From an uncultured Ruminococcus sp. (GTDB taxonomy: Bacteria > Bacillota > Clostridia > Oscillospirales > Ruminococcaceae): a stretch of 32,707 nt of DNA. A program made the translations under genes and the position numbers. Location of the stretch: positions 1-32,707 of the forward strand of contig CAYRLM010000001.1 in NCBI GenBank assembly GCA_964425035.1, written 5' to 3'. The notes below the pieces were generated by a model. That model ran no database searches. It was not told where the DNA came from and saw nothing but the letters and a program-made list of their open reading frames with translations. Shown here piece after piece: positions 26,864 to 32,707 of the stretch; the first letter of the stretch is position 1, and each line of letters begins with the position of its first letter.

Positions 26864-27664
26864 TCAGCGACCGCTATACACGATTTTCTTTAACTCCGAC
26901 AACTCCTCGGGCGACAGCTCGTCAAGCGTCTTTCCCTTTTCCGATGCGGAATTTTCGGCGTGACCGAAATCAATTATAAACTGATTTGACGCATATGTCA
27001 AGGCTTTTTCGCCGTCAACGCCTAAAATTCTGTCCAAATTACAAAAATTCAACAACAAATTACCCAATGTCTGTTGATTTTGCGAATTGACCTTGTCAAA
27101 GCCCGTCTGTTCAAGCTTATCCAACCCGGAGCGTATAGCCGCAGCGCATTCCGCCGGGTCGTCTATCGGCAGCCCTGCTCTCGACGCACGCTTGCACAGC
27201 TTTTCGCCCCTCAGCAGCGCAGGAAATGTCTTGGGTACGCTCTCCAGCGTTTCGGTGAAGCTCTCCTGATGCTTGGACTCTTTTTTCAGTGCGTCCCAGT
27301 TTTTGAGTACCGTGTCCGTATCTTCCGCTTTAACCTCGCCGAACACATGTGGATGGCGGTAAACAAGCTTCTGACAGATATCGTTGCATACGTCGCCAAA
27401 GTCGAACGTCCCTTTTTCACGCTCAATCTGGGCGTGGAACACTATCTGAAGAAGCAGGTCGCCAAGCTCCTCCCGAAGCATTTCGGGGCTGTCCTTGTCA
27501 ATGCCCTCGCAAACCTCGTAGGTTTCCTCGATAAGGTCGGTTCGTATGCTTTCGTGGGTCTGCACCTTGTCCCACGGGCAGCCGTTTTCAGACCGAAGCA
27601 GCTCTATGATATGCCTCAGGTCGTCAATATCGTATCTGTCCTTGAAATCAAAATCGACCATCAT
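26864..27664 (-). CDS. mazG: MazG nucleoside triphosphate pyrophosphohydrolase
   Basis: LRSENGCPWDKVQTHES, EETYE, EELGDLLLQ, RHPHVFG; second domain degenerate. Start is 27664 or 27661. Confidence 0.93.
   Translation of the reverse strand: MMVDFDFKDRYDIDDLRHIIELLRSENGCPWDKVQTHESIRTDLIEETYEVCEGIDKDSPEMLREELGDLLLQIVFHAQIEREKGTFDFGDVCNDICQKLVYRHPHVFGEVKAEDTDTVLKNWDALKKESKHQESFTETLESVPKTFPALLRGEKLCKRASRAGLPIDDPAECAAAIRSGLDKLEQTGFDKVNSQNQQTLGNLLLNFCNLDRILGVDGEKALTYASNQFIIDFGHAENSASEKGKTLDELSPEELSELKKIVYSGR
26973..27001 (-). promoter_or_regulatory. Consensus sigmaA promoter for hup embedded in the mazG CDS
   Basis: TTGACA-17 bp-TATAAT on the minus strand, about 150 nt upstream of the hup ATG. Confidence 0.75.
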
Positions 27665-27722
27665 AATCACCACGTTTGAAAAAGCTTGTGTCTGAGCCGT
27701 TTTCCAGCACAGCACCTTTTAT

Positions 27723-27751
27723 ATATTACCCTATTTTTTCGGATTTTTCAA
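27723..27751 (-). promoter_or_regulatory. sigmaA promoter for mazG overlapping the yabM 3' end
   Basis: TTGAAA-17 bp-TAATAT. Confidence 0.55.
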
Positions 27752-29443
27752 GTGTTTTTGCGAAAAAAATATGTCGCTCTTGATTAATTGGCGCTTTTTA
27801 CTAAAATCCTTGTTAATAATTAGTGATATTCCATAAACAAAAGCGCCCAAAATCACAGAAAATCCCACATGCAAAGCTGTTTCAAGGTCATCGGGAAGCA
27901 GCGTGAAGCACAGAAAAGCGGCACCGGCGCAGGCAGCCGAACCCAGCAGCGGTCTGCTCACGCAGCGGAATATACTGATACACGGCGATAAGTACCTTTT
28001 CAGCAGCAAGGAACCCGAAATTGCCATGAACACATATCCTGCCGCAGTGGAAAGAGCAGCCCCGGCAATATTGAGCTGCGGCACCGAAATCAGCAGCGGA
28101 TTAAGCAGCGCCTTGATACCGACGGAAGCAGCCATGAGTATCAGCGGCACATGCGCCTTCCCTATCGCCTGAAACACGCCGAACATAGCCGAGGCGATTA
28201 TCATGAAAAATCCTCCCAGACAAAGCACGGAAAAAGCGCCCGAGCACACGCTTACCTCTGCCGCGCGTCTGCCGTAAAGCATAAACAGCAGCGGCTGCCC
28301 GAGAACCGCAGCGCCGGCACATGCCGGAAAGCCTATCGCCGCCGCTGCCCTGAACATGGTGCAGCAGTGCTCCGCGGCGGCGGGGATATCCCTGCGCTCC
28401 CATGCGGCGGCGATTTCCGGAAGCGCAGTCTTTTCAGTCATTCCTGCAAAGGACGGGATAAGCATGAACATAGTCATTGCAATACCTGTATAGCTGCCGT
28501 ACATGAAGTTCGCCAGCCCGTCAATTCCTCCGCACTGCGGCAGTATCTCAGCGAATTGCCGCAGAAAATATTCGCTTTCGGAAAGAGCCGTGCTTTTCAG
28601 CGTCCGTGTAACGGTCAGAAGATCCACAAAGGAAACAAAATTCATGACCAGTGCGGAAGCCGCCACCGGGATAATTTCGCAAATCAGCCGCCGTGCGATG
28701 TCTGTCATGCGTTCCGTGCGTTCCCCGACGGGACATTTCAGTTTTCTTTTTCTGTCGGAAATCAGCAGCGAGATAAGTCCGCACAGCTCGCTTACGGAAA
28801 CAGCCGTCACAGCCCCTGCGGCAGCCATAGGGAGCACTGCGGCGTATGCTTCCTCATATGAGGAATAGCACTGCCCGAATATGTCAAGCCCCGCTTCAAA
28901 GCGGTATTTGGCCCAGAACACCGTTCCATAGGCTGCCGCCAGTCCCACTGCCGCACGGGAAGCGGCTTCCGTCACCGCAGCGGCTGCCGACGGCATGACG
29001 TCGGACAAGCCCTCATGATACCCCCGAAGAACCGAAGCAGCGCAACACAGAATTACCGCAGGAGCTATCGCCGCTACCGCAGGGGTGCTTTCGGGCGAGC
29101 AGGCTATATGTTCCGCAAAAAAGCCCGAAAACAACGCCACCGTCAGCGTACCCACCGCCCCGATGCAGGTGAACAGCATAAGTGCGGTGCGGCGTGTTTT
29201 CAGCGCGTTCCCCGGCCGCCCGGCGGCGATGTTCTGTGCGGTCATTCTCATCATTACTGACGGGATACCGGCGGCGGTCAGGGCAAACACCGGTGAATAC
29301 AGACCGTATGCGGTAGAGAAATATCCCATTCCGGTGCCGCCGAGAATATTCGCCAGCGGTATTTTGAATACTGCGCCGACTATCTTCGTTATGGTCATTG
29401 ACGCAAATAAAATTGCCGTGTTTCTGAAATATTTCTTGTTCAT
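27731..29443 (-). CDS. SpoVB/YabM-like MOP flippase (polysaccharide biosynthesis protein)
   Basis: KIVGAVFKIPLANILGGTGMGYF..AY, LRGY.EG, many TM segments; yabM position. Confidence 0.9.
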   Translation of the reverse strand: MNKKYFRNTAILFASMTITKIVGAVFKIPLANILGGTGMGYFSTAYGLYSPVFALTAAGIPSVMMRMTAQNIAAGRPGNALKTRRTALMLFTCIGAVGTLTVALFSGFFAEHIACSPESTPAVAAIAPAVILCCAASVLRGYHEGLSDVMPSAAAAVTEAASRAAVGLAAAYGTVFWAKYRFEAGLDIFGQCYSSYEEAYAAVLPMAAAGAVTAVSVSELCGLISLLISDRKRKLKCPVGERTERMTDIARRLICEIIPVAASALVMNFVSFVDLLTVTRTLKSTALSESEYFLRQFAEILPQCGGIDGLANFMYGSYTGIAMTMFMLIPSFAGMTEKTALPEIAAAWERRDIPAAAEHCCTMFRAAAAIGFPACAGAAVLGQPLLFMLYGRRAAEVSVCSGAFSVLCLGGFFMIIASAMFGVFQAIGKAHVPLILMAASVGIKALLNPLLISVPQLNIAGAALSTAAGYVFMAISGSLLLKRYLSPCISIFRCVSRPLLGSAACAGAAFLCFTLLPDDLETALHVGFSVILGAFVYGISLIINKDFSKKRQLIKSDIFFSQKHLKNPKK

Positions 29444-29478
29444 GGAGTTCCTCCCACCGCATACAGCATGTCTGGTTA

Positions 29479-29507
29479 AGTGTATTATTGCTGCCGGGGG
29501 AATATTA
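29479..29507 (-). promoter_or_regulatory. sigmaE-type promoter of the yabM-like gene
   Basis: TAATATT-14 bp-AATACACT, same geometry as the yabP promoter. Confidence 0.5.
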
Positions 29508-29514
29508 CTGCTGT

Positions 29515-29543
29515 GACAAAAATCCGCCCGATATCATAGAATA
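29515..29543 (+). promoter_or_regulatory. Mother-cell (sigmaK/sigmaE-type) promoter of cotJABC
   Basis: GACA-16 bp-CATAGAATA. Confidence 0.5.
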
Positions 29544-29583
29544 CAACAGCGATATCTTCGCTGAAACGAAAGGGGGAATCACA

Positions 29584-29754
29584 ATGAACGCATACGAGCA
29601 GGAAATGCTCAGAAAACCGGGGTACGCATATGTGCCGCCGCAGCGCATGGATAAGGTTTACCCGCCGAACAAGGCGCTTCAGGCAGGTACGATATTTCCC
29701 GAACTGAACATCACGATAGACGAATACGAGAGGGGGCTTTTCAATGGCAAATAA
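29584..29754 (+). CDS. cotJA: Spore coat protein CotJA
   Basis: GYAYVPPQ...AL.AGTIFPEL; AGGGGG RBS before ATG 29584. Confidence 0.9.
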   Translation: MNAYEQEMLRKPGYAYVPPQRMDKVYPPNKALQAGTIFPELNITIDEYERGLFNGK

Positions 29755-30058
29755 TATGTACCGCCGCCCCGTCATGCCGCAGAACAGACAGCAGCCGTCA
29801 CGTCCCGAATCACCGCAGGGCTGCGAGGAGCTTCTCAGGGCGATAGCGGAGGCGGCTTTCTTCGCACAGGATCTGAAGCTTTATCTCGACACCCACCCCG
29901 ACGACAAGCGTGCGGTAGAGATGTTTACGGAGGCATGCCGTCAGTATAAGGCGTGCAAGGCGGCTTTTGAGGACAGCTTCTATCCGCTTACGGCATGCAG
30001 CGCCGGGCAGGACGGCTGTTGGGACTGGCCGGAGGGAGTCTGGCCGCCGTTTAACTGA
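29744..30058 (+). CDS. cotJB: Spore coat protein CotJB
   Basis: F..DLKLYLDTHPDD..A...YPLT...WDW...WP. Confidence 0.92.
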   Translation: MANNMYRRPVMPQNRQQPSRPESPQGCEELLRAIAEAAFFAQDLKLYLDTHPDDKRAVEMFTEACRQYKACKAAFEDSFYPLTACSAGQDGCWDWPEGVWPPFN

Positions 30059-30073
30059 GATGGAGGTGACAAA

Positions 30074-30643
30074 ATGTTTATTTTCGAGAAAAGAACTCAA
30101 ATACCTGTTTGCATAAAGAACCGCAACCCGAAGCTCGCCGGAATTATTCTCAGTCAGTACGGCGGCCCCGACGGAGAACTTGGCGCTTCGCTGAGATATC
30201 TTTCGCAGCGCTTCACCATGCCTGACAATATGGGAAAGGCACTGCTCACGGATATCGGCACCGAGGAACTTGCGCACCTCGAAATGGTCGGCAGCATCGT
30301 TGGTCAGCTGACCGATGGAGAGGGCGCACGAAGCTTTGACAAGTACGGCAGAGGGGATTATTATGTTGACCACGGAAACGGCGTATTTCCTGCAAGCGCA
30401 GCGGGCGTGCCCTTTTCCGCCGCATATTTGCAGGTAAAAGCCGATCCCATTGCGGATCTCGTGGAGAACATGGCGGCAGAACAGAAAGCCCGCGCTACCT
30501 ATGACAATATCCTGCGGCTGTCTGACGATCCCGATGTAAACGAGGTAATACGCTTCCTGCGCGAGCGTGAGGTGGTACATTTCCAGCGCTTCGGCGAGCT
30601 GCTCGACATTTATCAGAATAAAATCAAAACGGACTGCCGCTGA
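30074..30643 (+). CDS. cotJC: Manganese catalase family spore coat protein CotJC
   Basis: SQYGGPDGELGASLRY, DIGTEELAHLEM, AAEQKAR, REREVVHFQRF. Confidence 0.96.
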   Translation: MFIFEKRTQIPVCIKNRNPKLAGIILSQYGGPDGELGASLRYLSQRFTMPDNMGKALLTDIGTEELAHLEMVGSIVGQLTDGEGARSFDKYGRGDYYVDHGNGVFPASAAGVPFSAAYLQVKADPIADLVENMAAEQKARATYDNILRLSDDPDVNEVIRFLREREVVHFQRFGELLDIYQNKIKTDCR

Positions 30644-30672
30644 ACCGAATATATGTAAATCGTTGTAAAAGA

Positions 30673-30703
30673 AAAGCTGTCGGGCTTGACGCTCGGCAGC
30701 TTT
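30673..30703 (+). terminator. Terminator after cotJC
   Basis: AAAGCTGTCGGGC/GCTCGGCAGCTTT stem with A and T flanks (possibly bidirectional). Confidence 0.7.
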
Positions 30704-30978
30704 ATTATAGCATTGCTCCACAGATTGCTTTTGCGCAAAATCTTTTTCGCATTTTCATTAATTCAAGCAGCCTAATATGGCAGATTCGGTTCCTATTTTG
30801 CAGTATAAAACAGGTATTTTTCTTGCCGAAGAGCCACTCTATTCATGCAAACTCAATTTGCAAAATTGCCTTACTTCCATTGCGGCAATTGATGCCGCAC
30901 GCAAACACCAACCGGGTAAAAGGCGGTCGGTATTATTTATGTAATCGGCAGGTCATGCTGTTGTTTTGGACGGCTTTG

Positions 30979-31466
30979 TCAATCAGCAATCTTCTCCGCA
31001 ATAAATTTTGCTGCGTTAGCATAGTCGTCCTCTGTCGGGTGAGAAGCGGCTTTCTTTGCTTCCTCGACAACTTTCTTCATGGATGGATTGTCGGGTTCTT
31101 CGGCGAGCTTTGCTTTCGCTGCGTCAAGAATTTTCTCGTCCTACTCGCCGTAGCCCATGGATAATCCCTTATAATCGCAGTCTTCCGAAATAAACGGCAC
31201 GATTTTCTTTTCGACGGAGCTTTTATACTCGTCCGAGGATTCAATCCCGCAGGTGAATTTTTCACGCTGAACTCGTCCAGAGCGTCCATTACGGGAAGCG
31301 GCACGATGCCCTTGTTTACTTCGTACCCGACAAGATAAATGTCCGCCTTTCTCGTCACATGCTCCAGCGTCAGGACTGTTTCGCTGTCGCCCAGAGCGTC
31401 CGCAATTCCGTAAGCGAGGTTCTCGGTGTTTCCCGATTGGCTTACATAAGCAATTTCATAATGCAT
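30979..31466 (-). pseudogene. Flavodoxin-family (BilS-like) pseudogene
   Basis: YVSQSGNTENLA FMN loop. Frameshift near 31260, after which the other frame reads FTCGIESSDEYKSSVEKKIVPF...GYGE*DEKILD...AASHPTEDDYANAAKFIAEKIAD* with an in-frame TAG at 31141-31143. Confidence 0.85.
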
Positions 31467-31544
31467 AACATTTACCCCTGTGTTTTGACTTCTTACAGTT
31501 TATCACAGGAATATAAACTGAAACCAAACAGCGTTGAAGCGCTG

Positions 31545-31642
31545 CTGTGGAAGTATGGAAGTTCATATAACACTCTTTGCTATAATATAAAAATTACATT
31601 TTTCGCACGATAGGTATATATACATCTTCCATACTTCCACAG
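31545..31642. repeat. Perfect 17-bp inverted repeats flanking a 64-bp promoter-like segment
   Basis: CTGTGGAAGTATGGAAG (31545-31561) / CTTCCATACTTCCACAG (31626-31642); internal TGCTATAAT at 31578-31586. Confidence 0.85.
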
Positions 31643-31657
31643 TTACATTTCATCACT

Positions 31658-31963
31658 TCAGGCGCTGACATCTGCGCTCTCTAACTGACTGTTGTAAAGC
31701 TCGGCATAGAAGCCGTTCTTCGAGAGAAGCTCTTCGTGTCTGCCGCTTTCGATAACATCTCCGTCTTTCAGGACAAGAATTAAGTCCGCATTTCTTATAG
31801 TCGACAATCTATGCGCAATGACAAATGAAGTCCTGTTTTTCATCAACTCGTCCATTGCTTTTTGAATTTTCTGCTCGGTGCGAGTGTCAACGAAACTTGT
31901 CGCTTCGTCAAAAATAAGCATAGGCTTGTCGGCAATCATCGCTCTTGCGATAGTGAGCTGCTG
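31658..31963 (-). pseudogene. C-terminal remnant of an ABC exporter ATP-binding subunit
   Basis: [41 protein letters not shown]; Walker A, signature motif and TM domain are absent. Confidence 0.88.
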
Positions 31964-32047
31964 CGGATTGGCTATCATCTGAGCGTAAACCGCTTTGAAA
32001 TCCCACACTGTAGTAATACAATATCTGTCACGGAACAACTTTCTCTA

Positions 32048-32093
32048 TTGACAATTTAACCGAACTGTGCTATAATATTAATAACAGTTATTA
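32048..32093 (+). promoter_or_regulatory. Consensus sigmaA promoter plus 7-1-7 Fur/Per-type operator
   Basis: TTGACA-17 bp-TATAAT with TG extension (32048-32076); TAATAAC-A-GTTATTA at 32079-32093. Confidence 0.85.
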
Positions 32094-32123
32094 TTTTACA
32101 GCAAATTCAAAGGCGGCGATATT

Positions 32124-32522
32124 ATGAATTTTTCAAAACAAAGAGAGATAATATATAATCAGGTGATGAATTATCCGACGCATCCGACAGCCGAGGAGGT
32201 CTACAATTCATTAAAGCGGGATAATCCCAATTTGAGTTTGGGTACGGTCTACCGCAATCTGAACCAGCTCAGCGAAGCCGGGATACTGCTGAAAATACCG
32301 ATAGCGGACGGAAGCGACAGATTTGACGGAAGAACAGACTGTCATTACCACATGATCTGCGAAAAATGCAGACGGGTCTTTGATATCGAGCTTGACTGTC
32401 TTGACGGAATACCGCAGAGCGTCAGCCGCCGTGACGGTCATCTTATCACCCGGATAACCCTCAATCTAAAGGGCATATGCGCAGAGTGCCTCAAAGACGA
32501 GGCGTTAAGCGCAGAACAATAA
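32124..32522 (+). CDS. Fur-family regulator, PerR-like
   Basis: HPTAEEVY, SLGTVYRNL, RFDG..HYHMICEKC and C-terminal CAEC. Confidence 0.92.
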   Translation: MNFSKQREIIYNQVMNYPTHPTAEEVYNSLKRDNPNLSLGTVYRNLNQLSEAGILLKIPIADGSDRFDGRTDCHYHMICEKCRRVFDIELDCLDGIPQSVSRRDGHLITRITLNLKGICAECLKDEALSAEQ

Positions 32523-32604
32523 ATTCATGGTTTTTGTGAAACAATTTCCTTTAATAAAAAGCAGGGCGGTGAAAATAATATAACTGCAAGGGCGAAGTGA
32601 AAAC

Positions 32605-32637
32605 GCTTCCGCTCCTGCCGGAGAACGGAGCGGAAGC
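32605..32637. other. GC-rich hairpin in the leader of the next gene
   Basis: GCTTCCGCTCC/GGAGCGGAAGC 11-bp stem. Confidence 0.55.
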
Positions 32638-32682
32638 TGCGTATATCCGAATACACTTTTACTGTTAAAGGAGATCATTATT

Positions 32683-32707
32683 ATGGCATCAAATAAGCAG
32701 ACCAAAA
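32683..32707 (+). CDS. Probable gene start running off the window (MASNKQTK...)
   Basis: AAGGAG RBS at 32668-32673, 9 nt before the ATG. Confidence 0.5.

Noticed and set aside
29488-29583. Upstream TTG extension of cotJA
   Set aside because: RBS and promoter positions favour ATG 29584; the extension overlaps the divergent promoters.
31141-31262. Programmed frameshift or TAG read-through (pyrrolysine) in the flavodoxin
   Set aside because: Two independent lesions plus apparently missing residues at the shift site; pseudogenisation is simpler and no pyl genes are visible.

Overview
Chromosomal window from a spore-forming Bacillota, probably Oscillospiraceae/Ruminococcus-like (inferred from the NPXTG-anchored protein, yabPQ and cotJ genes). 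(1) 1-5.4 kb: right end of a genomic island with an Xis-like HTH gene, hsdM and hsdS (type I R-M). It also holds a serine-recombinase relic and a tandem series of degenerate copies of the rlmD/rumA 3' end, an att-like boundary. (2) 5.6-10.6 kb: a mixed-linkage beta-glucan cluster (SBP lipoprotein, NPXTG surface protein, AraC, GH16, GH5) without permeases. (3) 10.6-11.9 kb: an IS3 relic, a 5'-truncated gene and REP-like hairpins. (4) 11.9-29.4 kb: conserved core genes, all on the minus strand. In transcription order: yabM-mazG-hup-yabO-yabP-yabQ-divIC-cls, then asp23-nusB-xseAB-ispA-DUF212-dxs-tlyA-nadK-[inserted AlkZ-related gene]-argR-recN-pepV. (5) 29.6-32.7 kb: cotJABC, a flavodoxin pseudogene preceded by a 17-bp inverted-repeat-flanked promoter-like segment (candidate inverton), an ABC remnant, and a PerR-like gene with a 7-1-7 operator. 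The strongest leads are the rlmD-mimic att array, the candidate inverton, 10-bp-phased repeats upstream of the Xis-like/R-M promoter, and a perfect sigmaA promoter written into the degenerate C-terminal domain of MazG. All calls come from manual reading and motif recognition; no searches were run.
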